DNA of 64,000 nt, taken from positions 4 to 64,003 of the forward strand of contig JASFKR010000003.1 of NCBI GenBank assembly GCA_050118535.1, read 5' to 3'. The notes beneath the pieces were generated by a model. The model was given only the letters and a program-made list of their open reading frames with translations. It ran no database searches and was not told where the DNA came from. Shown here one piece after another: positions 29,739-40,800 of the stretch (its first letter is position 1; every line of letters starts with the position of its first letter). The translations under genes were made by a program, and so were the position numbers. The DNA is from Myxococcales bacterium (GTDB lineage: Bacteria; Myxococcota_A; Polyangia; Polyangiales; JAFGIB01).

Positions 29739-30458
29739 GTGCTAACGAGCCGCGTGCCCTGGGTGAAGGCTCGGTTCAAGGGATCCACGGTCCTGGCCCG
29801 CTGCGACGCGGACGGCAACCTGCGTGCCGAAGGGGGCCGGGTGGAAATCCGCTATCGCCCCACCGACGCCAAGGCCTACCGCGCCGCCGCGCGCAACCTG
29901 GCGCCCGTCGCGGACGCGGAGGTCCTGCCGGACGACGCCTGTGCCGAGGCCGCCGCAGCGCCCGACCGTGGCGCCGGAAGTCGCGCACAGGGGCGCAAGA
30001 AGGCGCCGGCCGGCCCGCCCCCGCCCCCGCCCGAGGGCGCCATCGTCGCGTACACGGACGGCGCCTGCTCGGGGAACCCGGGGCCGGCGGGTGTGGGCGT
30101 CGTGCTCATGGACGGCGACAGTCGGCGCGAGCTCAGCGCCTACCTGGGCACGGGCACCAACAACATCGCGGAGCTGACGGCCATCGGGATGGCGCTCGAA
30201 GCGGTGGAGGACCAGGCGCGCCCGGTGCGCGTCTACACCGACAGCCAATATGCGATCGGTGTGCTGACCAAGGGCTGGAAGGCGAAGGCCAACCGGGAGC
30301 TGATCGCCGAGCTCAAGCGCGCCATGGGTCGCTTCGAGGACCTGCAGCTCGTCCACGTCCGCGGCCACATGGGCATCGCGCTCAACGAGCGGGCCGACAT
30401 GCTGGCGGTCGACGCGGTGCAGCAGCGCGAGTCGGCTGGCTGGGTCGACGTGAGCTGA
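29739..30458 (+). CDS. rnhA: Ribonuclease HI with an N-terminal extension of about 90 aa
   Basis: RNase H core: IVAYTDGACSGNPGPAGVGVVL, TNNIAELTAIGMALE, VYTDSQYAIGVL, VRGHMGIALNERADMLA. The start is uncertain, with GTG candidates at 29718, 29739, 29754 and 29763. The track start 29571 overlaps the previous gene. Confidence 0.8.
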   Translation: MLTSRVPWVKARFKGSTVLARCDADGNLRAEGGRVEIRYRPTDAKAYRAAARNLAPVADAEVLPDDACAEAAAAPDRGAGSRAQGRKKAPAGPPPPPPEGAIVAYTDGACSGNPGPAGVGVVLMDGDSRRELSAYLGTGTNNIAELTAIGMALEAVEDQARPVRVYTDSQYAIGVLTKGWKAKANRELIAELKRAMGRFEDLQLVHVRGHMGIALNERADMLAVDAVQQRESAGWVDVS

Positions 30459-30482
30459 CTTCGCGCGGAGCCGAGATCGAAA

Positions 30483-30508
30483 CCGGGGCAGCGCGCGCGC
30501 CACCCCGG
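30483..30508. terminator. GC hairpin between the convergent rnhA and fba ends
   Basis: ccgggg-N14-ccccgg read directly. There is no clear U-tract, so support is weak. Confidence 0.3.
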
Positions 30509-30532
30509 TCCGGACAACGATACGGAGGGAGC

Positions 30533-31609
30533 TCAGAACGCAAACTTGCCGGTCGCGTTCAGGGCGTCGAAGGCCTCACCCAGGCGCTCGGCCATGCCGC
30601 GCTCCCCCAGCACCAGCCAGGCGCGCGGGTCGATCTGCTTCTTGTTGGGCTTGTCGTCACCCTCGGGGTTACCGATCTGGCCCTGCAAGTAGGCGTCCTT
30701 TTCGTCCATGTACTTCTTGATCGGACGGGTGAAGGCCCACTGGGTGTCGGTGTCGATGTTCATCTTCACCACGCCGTAGGAGATGGCCTCGCGGATCTCC
30801 TCACGCGACGAGCCGGAGCCGCCGTGGAAGACGAAGTCCACGGGCTTGTCCTTGGTGTCGCGCTGCTTCTGGATCTCCTTCTGGGAGGCATCGAGGATCT
30901 CCGGGCGCAGCTGGACGTTGCCCGGTTTGTAAACGCCGTGGGTGTTGCCGAAGGACGCCGCCACCGTGAACGGCCCCACCGGCAGAAGCGCGTCGTAGGC
31001 CGTGAGCACTTCGCTCGGCTGCGTGTAGAGGCGCGAATTGTCGACGTCGCTGTTATCCACGCCGTCCTCCTCGCCGCCGGTCACGCCCAGCTCGATCTCG
31101 AGCGTCATGTCGATCCCGGCCATCCGCTCCAGCACCTTCTTGCAGATCCCCAGGTTCTCCTCGAGCGGCTCCTCGGACAGATCGAGCATGTGAGAGGAGA
31201 ACAGCGGCACCCCGTGCTCGGCGTGGTAGCGCTCACCTTGATCGAGCAACCCCTCGACCCACGGGATCAGCTTCTTGGCCGCGTGGTCGGTGTGCAGGAT
31301 GACCGGCACACCGTAGGCCTCGGCCATGAGCCGGGCGTGGTGGGCGGCGGCGACGCCACCCATGATCGAGGCCTGGTGCGCTCCGTTGTCCAGGAACTTG
31401 CCAGCGTAGAACTGTGCGCCGCCGTGGGAGAGCTGGACTATGATCGGCGACTTGGCCTGACGGGCGGCTGCCAGCGCCGCGTTGATGCCGTGCGAGTTGA
31501 TCACGTTCACGGCTGGCAGGGCGCATTGCACGCTCTTCATGTAAGCGAAGAGGTCCTGCAGCGCCGAACCGGTGACGACGCCGGGCTTCAGTTCGTAAGG
31601 TGCAGACAT
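30533..31609 (-). CDS. fba: Fructose-bisphosphate aldolase, class II
   Basis: Start MSAPYELKPGVVTG at Met24 of track ORF 30533..31678. Class II aldolase motifs: PAVNVINSHGINAALAAA, PIIVQLSHGGA, PVILHTDHAAK, GNTHGVYKPGNV, VFHGGSGS. Confidence 0.92.
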   Translation of the reverse strand: MSAPYELKPGVVTGSALQDLFAYMKSVQCALPAVNVINSHGINAALAAARQAKSPIIVQLSHGGAQFYAGKFLDNGAHQASIMGGVAAAHHARLMAEAYGVPVILHTDHAAKKLIPWVEGLLDQGERYHAEHGVPLFSSHMLDLSEEPLEENLGICKKVLERMAGIDMTLEIELGVTGGEEDGVDNSDVDNSRLYTQPSEVLTAYDALLPVGPFTVAASFGNTHGVYKPGNVQLRPEILDASQKEIQKQRDTKDKPVDFVFHGGSGSSREEIREAISYGVVKMNIDTDTQWAFTRPIKKYMDEKDAYLQGQIGNPEGDDKPNKKQIDPRAWLVLGERGMAERLGEAFDALNATGKFAF

Positions 31610-31697
31610 GGGTCGGTTCCTCGATGCTCGCGGGCGCGCGACCGGAGCGTGACCGCATCCCGACCGGGAGGCGGGCACGGCCCACGCGCGACCCAGG

Positions 31698-33281
<1,584 letters not shown>

Positions 33282-33414
33282 AAAACCTTACCTGTCCGGT
33301 ACCATTAAGCACGGCGGAGTGCTGCGGGTTTCCGAGGCGTAAATTGCTGGTTTCTCGGGCGACGGCAAGCCCCCAGACGCCGAAGGGGCCCATCGCCGGT
33401 CATGGATTTCTGGT

Positions 33415-34057
33415 ATGGCTGTGAGCGTGCACCCGGCGGATGCTGCGGTCGTGCTCGCATACCTGCTGACCCTGACGGCCCTGGGGGCCTTCTGGGGCCG
33501 CGCGCACCGGACCCCCGAGGACTATTACGTGGGCGGCCGGCGCCTGGGGGCGTCGGCCCTGGGCCTGAGCGTCCTGGCCGGCCAGTCCAGCACCATCAGC
33601 TTCGTGTCGATCCCTGCCTTCGTGGCGGCGCGGCCCGGGAGCGGGGTCTTCTGGCTCGGCTACGAGCCGGCGGCTCCGCTGGCCATGCTCGCGGCCGGAT
33701 GGGCGCTGGTGCCCACCCTGCGGCGCCACCGGCTGATCAGCGTCTGCGAGTTCGCCGAGCACCGCTGCGGGCCGGGTGCGCGCCGGGCCCTGAGCACGGC
33801 CTTCCTGCTCAGCCGCGGACTGGCCACCGCCGTGGCGGTGTATGCTACGCGCTGGTCCTGGAGGCCTGCCTGGGGGTGGACCGGGTCTGGACCATCACCC
33901 TGGTCGTGGTGTCGACCAGAGCCAGTCCCGGCGTCTGCTGTCCTCCCGCGACGAGGCCGGCAGCCGCCACGCGCTGTTGCTCAAGGTTGTTTTGCGCTTC
34001 CCGCCGACCGCCACGTTCGCCGCCATCGCCGCCCTGCTGTGGTGGCTCGGGAGCTGA
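33415..34057 (+). pseudogene. Decayed sodium:solute symporter (SSS family) gene: N-terminal ~143 codons, frameshifts and a large internal deletion
   Basis: Frame 1 gives a good SSS N-terminus (YYVGGRRLGASALGLSVLAGQSSTISFVSIPAFVA ... LSRGLATAVAVYA) and then turns Arg/Pro/Trp-rich. The plausible continuation YALVLEACLGVDRVWTITLVVV is in another frame. A membrane-like tail (TATFAAIAALLWWLGS-stop) is in the third frame. The whole locus is about 640 nt, whereas intact SSS genes are typically more than twice as long. Confidence 0.6.
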
Positions 34058-36343
34058 TCAGACGCTGTGGGCGGCGGGCCGCAGGGACTCCACCGTCGCG
34101 CCCTCGGTTTGCAGTAGGTCGAAGAACTCGGCCTCGCCGCTCTGCACGTCGTACATGCAGCCGACGACGCGCACCGGCCCGTCGTGGACCGCGGTGCGAA
34201 CGTCCGGGCTCTGATCCAGGATGTGGCGAGCGGTGCGCACCAGATGGGCGCGCGAGAGGCGGTCGACGCACTCCCTGCGCTCGGCCTCCGAGGCCTGCTC
34301 CCAGGATTGCGCGACGCTGCCGTCCTCGTCGGAGGCGCGAACCTCCTGCAGCAGACGTTGCACGTACCGGGCCTCCTGGGCATCGAAGTCGCGGTGCTCG
34401 ATGGCGTGGCGCACGGCCTCGTTGCGAGTGTGACCCATGAAGACGATCAGCTTCACCCCGTCCGCGAGCACGGCATATTCCAGGCTGCCGACCACACCGC
34501 CCCCGCCCCAGTTGGCGGTGGTGCGAATGCAGGAGACGTCGCCCACGCTCAGGTCGAAGATCACCTCCACCGGTGTGCGCGAGCTGGTCCCGGTGAGGAA
34601 GACCGCCAGCGGATGCTGGTCGTCCTTGGTCGCCTGACGCAGGTGCTCCACGTCGCGATTGATCGACACGCCGTCGGCGAAGCGCTTGTTGCCCTCGCGC
34701 AGGATCTCCAGGATCTGCTCGTGGCTCGCCTTGTCGCGGGCCTCGCGCGTCGCGTAGTCGATGAACAGCAGTTTGTCGTCGACCTTCTCGTAGTGCTCCT
34801 TGAGGCCCTTGGCGCTGACCTTGATGTCGCGCACCGGCGCGGTGTCCCGCTCGAATTCGATGAGCACCGAGCGCACGTCCGGGTCGATGTAGTCGCAGTG
34901 GGACGCGTCGATGAGCACGTGGTGACCCGGCGGCACTTCGTTGAGGATGTTCGACAGGGCGAGCTTGTTCAGGAAACTGACCTGGTTCGGCAGCTCGATG
35001 CGCAGCACCTCTCCCGAGACATGCTTCTCGATGATTCGGCGGATCGGCCGGCGCAGGTTGCTGCGCAGGATGAACGCCGCGGCCAGCGCCAGGCCCGTCA
35101 GCACACCCACCAGCAGGTCGGTGAAGAGGATCATGCCCACGGTGGTCGCGAAGGGCAGGAACATCTCGCGCCCCTGGGCCCACATCTCACGGGCCAGCTT
35201 CGGGTTGGCCAGCTTGTAGCCGGTGACGATCAGGATGGCGGCCAGGGAGGCCAGTGGGATGCGGTTGAGCCAGTGGGGCAGAAAGACCACGGCGCCGAAG
35301 AGCATGAAGCCGTGGGCGATGGCGGAGAGCTTGGTGCGCGCGCCGGTGTTGATGTTGACCGAGCTGCGGACGATGACCGAGGTCACGGGCAGGGCGCCGA
35401 TCAGGCCGGCGGTCATGTTGCCCACGCCCTGGGCGATCAGCTCACGACTGGGGGGCGAGACGCGCTTGTGCGGGTCGAGCTTGTCCACCGCCTCCAGGTT
35501 GAGCAGCGTCTCCAGGGAGGCCACCAGCGCCAGGGTGATGGCGGCCGGAAGGATGGCCGGGTTGAGCAGCTGACTCAGGTCCGGGAAGCGCAGCAGCGCC
35601 ATCACACCCTCGGAGCCGCTCGAGCTGGGAACCTCGACCAGATGCTTGGCGCCCACGACCCAGCGCGCGTCGGAGCCACCCTTGAACCACTCGTTGATCG
35701 CCACCCCCAGCACCACCACCACCAGCGGCCCCGGCACGAGCTGGTTCAGGCGCTGCATGCGACCCCAGGCGATCAGCAGGGCCAGCGAAAACAGGCCGAT
35801 GGCCGCCGCGCCCAGGTGGAACTGGTTGAGGGTGCCGATCAGCTCCGAGAAGGTGCTCTCGCCGTCGGGCTGAATGAACGACATCTCGCCGCTCGGGTCG
35901 TCGTCGTGGCCCACCAGGTGTGGCAGCTGCTTGAGAATCAGGATCAGGCCGATGGCGACGAGCAGCCCTTTGATGACGCTCGTGGGCATGAAGTCTGCGA
36001 TGGCGCCCGCCTTCATCAGGCCCAGCACCACCTGCATCACCCCGGCCACCAGCACCGCGGTGAGAAAGGCCTCGAACGACCCCAGAGTGGCGATCTGGGT
36101 GCCCACCACCGCGGTCAGTCCGGCGGCGGGGCCGCTGACGCTGGTGTGTGAGCCACTGACGGCGCCGACGATGATGCCGCCGATGCAGCCCGCCAGGATG
36201 CCGGCCGACAGGGGAGCGTCGGAGGCCAGGGCGATGCCCAGGCACAGGGGCAGGGCGACGAGGAAGACGACCAGGGCGGAGGACAGATCCTGGCCGAGGA
36301 TGGAGCTGAGGCTGGGGGACGGGGTCGTGTCGTCGGTGGTCAC
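34058..36343 (-). CDS. SulP-family anion transporter fused to STAS and a beta-carbonic-anhydrase-like C-terminal domain
   Basis: SulP N-terminus LVVFLVALPLCLGIALASDAPLSAGILAG and about 400 aa of TM segments. STAS-like segment VLRIELPNQVSFLNKLAL...IDASHCDYIDPDV. The C-terminal 218 aa align from memory to beta-CA (REGNKRF, VGSLEYAV, VVGCMYDVQSGE). Confidence 0.88.
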   Translation of the reverse strand: MTTDDTTPSPSLSSILGQDLSSALVVFLVALPLCLGIALASDAPLSAGILAGCIGGIIVGAVSGSHTSVSGPAAGLTAVVGTQIATLGSFEAFLTAVLVAGVMQVVLGLMKAGAIADFMPTSVIKGLLVAIGLILILKQLPHLVGHDDDPSGEMSFIQPDGESTFSELIGTLNQFHLGAAAIGLFSLALLIAWGRMQRLNQLVPGPLVVVVLGVAINEWFKGGSDARWVVGAKHLVEVPSSSGSEGVMALLRFPDLSQLLNPAILPAAITLALVASLETLLNLEAVDKLDPHKRVSPPSRELIAQGVGNMTAGLIGALPVTSVIVRSSVNINTGARTKLSAIAHGFMLFGAVVFLPHWLNRIPLASLAAILIVTGYKLANPKLAREMWAQGREMFLPFATTVGMILFTDLLVGVLTGLALAAAFILRSNLRRPIRRIIEKHVSGEVLRIELPNQVSFLNKLALSNILNEVPPGHHVLIDASHCDYIDPDVRSVLIEFERDTAPVRDIKVSAKGLKEHYEKVDDKLLFIDYATREARDKASHEQILEILREGNKRFADGVSINRDVEHLRQATKDDQHPLAVFLTGTSSRTPVEVIFDLSVGDVSCIRTTANWGGGGVVGSLEYAVLADGVKLIVFMGHTRNEAVRHAIEHRDFDAQEARYVQRLLQEVRASDEDGSVAQSWEQASEAERRECVDRLSRAHLVRTARHILDQSPDVRTAVHDGPVRVVGCMYDVQSGEAEFFDLLQTEGATVESLRPAAHSV

Positions 36344-36457
36344 GGGGGATGCTCTCGAGAACGCGGTCGAGGGTGGATCGGACGGGCGCCCGACACGGAG
36401 GCCGGGCCGCGCCAGGGGCGAGACGAATGATGGAAGGCGCGAGCGAAGCGCGCGCGC

Positions 36458-36820
36458 TCAGGCGCGCGGCGGGCGGAAGACGCACTCGCCCGCGTCGCGT
36501 CCCGGCGGGGCGTGCGGCCGCAGCGGGGCGCCGAGCTGCCAGCGCGGCGCCAGCAGCCACAACTCGGCCGCGTTCTCGAGGGGGTCCGGATCCTCCTCGG
36601 CGCCCTCCGGATCGAGGGCCAGGTTCGGCAACAGCTCCGCGCCGGTGCCGGGCCCGGCGCCCGTCGAGCCTGACGAGAGCTCGGCCGGTGCAACGTGGAC
36701 CGCGACGTCCGCCGCCTCGGCGGGCGTGCTGCCCTGCGCGAGCGCGGCAGCGGCAGGCACCACGCAGCTCAGCGTGAACGCCGCACAGGTCACCAGCGCG
36801 ATCGCGACGATCCGGCCCAC
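36458..36820 (-). CDS. Small secreted hypothetical protein
   Basis: Signal-peptide-like N-terminus MGRIVAIALVTCAAFTLSCVVPAAAALAQG. High GC3. Co-directional between the deacetylase and SulP genes. No homology recognised. Confidence 0.45.
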   Translation of the reverse strand: MGRIVAIALVTCAAFTLSCVVPAAAALAQGSTPAEAADVAVHVAPAELSSGSTGAGPGTGAELLPNLALDPEGAEEDPDPLENAAELWLLAPRWQLGAPLRPHAPPGRDAGECVFRPPRA

Positions 36821-36870
36821 GAGCCGACGCTAGCAGCCCTGCGCGCCGGACGCCACAGGCATGGCGCGCG

Positions 36871-37818
36871 TCAGCCGCAGGGCGCGGGCGGAACCGACTG
36901 TAGCTCGTTGGCTGCCTCGGCCAGGGTGACCAGGGTGTAGCCCGCCTCACGCAGCGTGGACACGGCCGTCTGCAGTGCGGCGCGCTTGGCTGCGAGTGAT
37001 CGGCGCAGGTCGGGCTGGTGGGCGCGCAGCACTCCGAGTCCGTCGGCCTCGGCGTCCGCCAGGTCGATGCCGTGCATCTCCAGATTGATCAGCGGGCGGC
37101 CAACGATGCGTCGCGTGAGCCAGCGCGCGCCCCCGGCGCCCGCGAGCACGACCGAGGTGCCGATGTAGGGAAGCCGCCCGCTCGACGCTCTGGTCACGCC
37201 GATGGGCAATTCCAGCAGACCGTCGCCGCGCCGCGTGTAGGGGCGTCCCACGCGATAGGGGTCGGCGGGCGCGGTGAGCACGCGCGGGTGGTCGACCACG
37301 CTGTGGCTCCGACGTCCTCGCAGGGCGATGGTCCCGATGGCCGCCGTTTTCGCAGAGTAATAGGGCGGGCAGGGGAAGACGCTCGAGTCGTATCGGTATC
37401 CCCGCGCCTGCAATAGCTCGAATACGCCGTCGACCACGGTGTAGCCGGGTGCTCGGAACCCCACCGGCTGCTGCCCCGTCGCCCGCGCGATGGCCTCGGC
37501 GCCAGCGTCCACGTCTGCGGCCATGGCCTCCGGGGCCTGGCGGCTGAAGTCGTAGCGATGGTGGAAGGTGTGGTTGCCGATCTCGTGTCCGTTGCGCTGT
37601 AACCGTTGCACTGCCTGGCGGGCCCGTGCGTCGCGCAGATCGCTGCCGATGGCGAAGAAGGTCGCCCGCGCCCCCACTTCGTCGAGCCAGCGCTCGAAGC
37701 GGGGCACCGCGCATCCGTAGATCGCGTGCGCCGCCTCGCCTTCGGGTGGCGGCAGGCCGTGGATCGCCGCATAGCAGGGGATCTCGTCCAGGTCGATCGA
37801 GATGGCAGCCAGGCGCAT
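36871..37818 (-). CDS. Polysaccharide deacetylase family protein (NodB-type)
   Basis: ISIDLDE (Asp motif), ATFFAIGSDL and HEIGNHTFHH (metal-binding His motif). Confidence 0.85.
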   Translation of the reverse strand: MRLAAISIDLDEIPCYAAIHGLPPPEGEAAHAIYGCAVPRFERWLDEVGARATFFAIGSDLRDARARQAVQRLQRNGHEIGNHTFHHRYDFSRQAPEAMAADVDAGAEAIARATGQQPVGFRAPGYTVVDGVFELLQARGYRYDSSVFPCPPYYSAKTAAIGTIALRGRRSHSVVDHPRVLTAPADPYRVGRPYTRRGDGLLELPIGVTRASSGRLPYIGTSVVLAGAGGARWLTRRIVGRPLINLEMHGIDLADAEADGLGVLRAHQPDLRRSLAAKRAALQTAVSTLREAGYTLVTLAEAANELQSVPPAPCG

Positions 37819-37853
37819 GGGCGGAGGCTACCGCCAACACCGGGTCGGCGCAC

Positions 37854-40800
37854 TCACGGGCCTGCCTGATTCATCTTGACGGTGCGGCTGCGTCCCACCG
37901 CCTCTTCCAGTAGCGGTACATAGGTGCGCGCGTAGCGGCGCGGGTGCTTGAGGCCGCGCTTGACGACGAGCTGATCGGCACGCGTCTCCATGGCCAGCCC
38001 CTCCTGGTTGCCCAGAAGCTGCCCCTTGGCGCGCAGGGCGAAGATCGCGGGCAATGGCGGTCTGCGCGCATCGTGGTGCCGGCCGAGAACCTCGTCCAGC
38101 TGTTTCAGGGCGTGGCGTCCGCGACCCTCGGCCGCCGCGATGCCGGCGCGCACCAGAGAGATGTCGTCGTGCAGGCACGGCAGCTTCAGCTCGGCCGCCT
38201 GGGAGGCGGATTCGGCGGCCTGGGCGAGCAGGCTCGCCGGTGCGTCGCGCGAGGCACGGGAGATGAGCGACAGGCGTGCCCGCAGCAGCAGCATCATTCC
38301 GCGCCACAGGCGCACGTAGGCCAGGGGAGAGGCGAAGAATTCGTCGAGCTGGTAGCCCAGGGTGCGCGCGCGCTCGGGGTCTCCACGGTAGAGGTACAGC
38401 CGCCCCCGGGCCAGCATCTCGGCGGCGGCAGTGATGCCCTCGCGGTCCTCGGACAGGCGCGCCGCCTCGTCGATGGCGCTCGCTGCGGCCTCGGCGTTGT
38501 CGTTCTGCAGGTGCAACGTGGCGAGGGCCATGCGCAGGCGGACGCTACTGATCCGATCTCCGCGCCCTTCGGCCTCGCGCAACCACTCCGAGAGAAGGGC
38601 AAAGTCACACTCGCGCTGCACCGCCGTCTGCAGGTGCGCGATGACCAGGCGCGTCTGGCGCATCTCGAAGGCGCCGCCGCGAGTGTGATTTCGATACAAG
38701 TCCTCGGCGCGGAAGAGGTCGAGCAATGCCTGCTCGACCTTGCCGTGGTGGTAGACGGCGAGCCCCTTGGCGAAGGCGATGGCGGCGCGAGCTTCGGCCG
38801 AGTCCAGGCGCCGGGCGATGGCCTCGGCCACGTCCAGCGCCCCCGAGGTCGGCGTGTCGGCCGCCATGCTGAAGGGCACGTCGATGTGCCCGTGGAAGAG
38901 GGCCAGACCGCGCACGATGCGCAGCGGTTCGCCCAGGTCCAGCGCGTCCTGTACGAAGCGGGTTAGCAGCGGCAGCGGCCTGGCCATCTCGTGCAGCAAC
39001 AGCCCGCGCGTGACGCCCCACACGGTGTCCAGGCGAGTGAGTTCGTGTTCGTCGATGTCGGACTCGGCGCGCTCGGTGAAGCCGAATCCGCGTCGTCGCA
39101 GTGCCCGGTAAGCCTCGCCGGCCATCTGCGCGGCGCTGGGGAAATCGGCGGGTACCTGGAGCCCTGCCGCCGCCAGTGGCTTGCGCAGGGCGTCCAGCCC
39201 GGCTTCCAGATCCCCGCTGAGCAGAAGCTGGATCCCGCCGCGGGCGCGCAGCTCCATCGCGTGATCGACCGCTGCGCCCTGCGCCGCCTCGAAGTAGGAC
39301 TCGGCCGCGGCCGCGCCTCGCCCGGCGCTCACCAGGGCGTCGGCGTGGCGCTGCAACAGCGCCCGACGGCGATCGCCTTCGGCGTTCTTGGCCGCGACAC
39401 CATAGAGGCGCGCTGCCTTTTCGAATGCCAGCCCCTTCTCCGCCTGCTCCGCCGCGCGCGATGCGTACAGGCTTGCGCGCTCGCGCTCGCCGGCGCCGAG
39501 CAAGTGGCTGGTGAGCGCCTCCAGGTCGATGGCACCGCTGGCTTCGAGCGCAGCCGCCAGGCGCCGGTGCCACCCCACCATGGTCTCGGTGTCCATCGAC
39601 GAGGTGAGTCCCTCACGGATGGTGTCGTGGTAGACCTCCACGGCTCGCGAGTTCTGGCTCGCCACGCCTCGCACGAGCTTGGCGCTGCGGAGCTCTGCGA
39701 GGGCGCTGGGCAGATCGATGTTGAACGACGACACCAGCGTCAGCATTGCCTCGGGCACGGGGCGGCCGGCCACGGAGAGCAGCTCGAGCAGGGTGCGCGC
39801 ATCGCTGGACAGCGACGACAGCCGCTGGCTCAGCACGCGCTCGAAGCTGACCAGGCCGCGTGCGGTCTCGGAGGAGGCGATGCCCTCCGCCTTGCGCTCG
39901 GTGACATGGCGCGCGAGCTGCGTCAGCAAGTGCGGGTTGCCGGCGCTCTCGAAGCCCAATTTGCGTATTCCGTCCTCACCGGTTTCCTGGCCGAGGAGCC
40001 GGCGGGCCAGCGTGAAGCTGTCCTCCGCGCTCAGCGACCCTACCTTGACCTGGCGCAGCTCGACCTCGTCGCTCGTCCCGAGCTTCTGGAGCAGGGCTTG
40101 CAGCCCCGGGCTGTGCTCGCTGTCGGACTCGCGGTAGACGCACACCAGGAGCATGGCCGGACGGTCGTTGCCCGTGACCAGCTCGCTCAGGAGCTGTGCG
40201 CTCTCCACGTCGCTCCACTGCAAGTCGTCCACGTACACCACCAGCGGCTCCAGGTCGGCGATGCGACAGAACATCTCCTTGAGGGCACGAAACGCACGCT
40301 GCCGCTGCTGCTGTGGATCGGGCGGCAGCGCGCGTCCGCGGCGGCTGCGCTTGACCACCTCCACCCGCTTGAGCACGGGGAAGAGACCGGCGAGCGCGTC
40401 CACCTCGCGCGGCAGCATCCGCGCCACGTCCACTGCCGGCAACTTGCGCAGGTACCGGCTCAGGGTGTCGATCACGTTGTCGAACGCCTTGAACGGCACC
40501 GACTCCCGCTCGTAGCAGCGGCCCTTGAGCACGATGGCCTGGTGCTCTCGCGCGACCGACTCGATGAAGTGGTTGACCAGGGTCGTCTTGCCGATTCCGG
40601 AAGGGCCGCTGACCAGCGCGATCACCGGATGTCCGGCTTCGGTCGCGCGCAGCGCCGCCTCCAGCTCCCGCACCTGCGCGTCGCGGCCCACGAAGGCGGT
40701 TTCGAGCTGTTCCGCACGCTCGGCGCTCTTGTCGGGGGCCGGCACGGAGGCGGCCCGGCGGCTGCGCAAGGCCCGCAGTATGGACTTGCCATCGGGGCGC

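Noticed and set aside
33415-34440. Track ORF read as an intact 341-aa CDS
   Set aside because: Only the first ~143 residues look like a real membrane protein. The rest is Arg/Pro/Trp-rich and runs antisense into the SulP gene. I interpret it as a pseudogene ending functionally by 34057.
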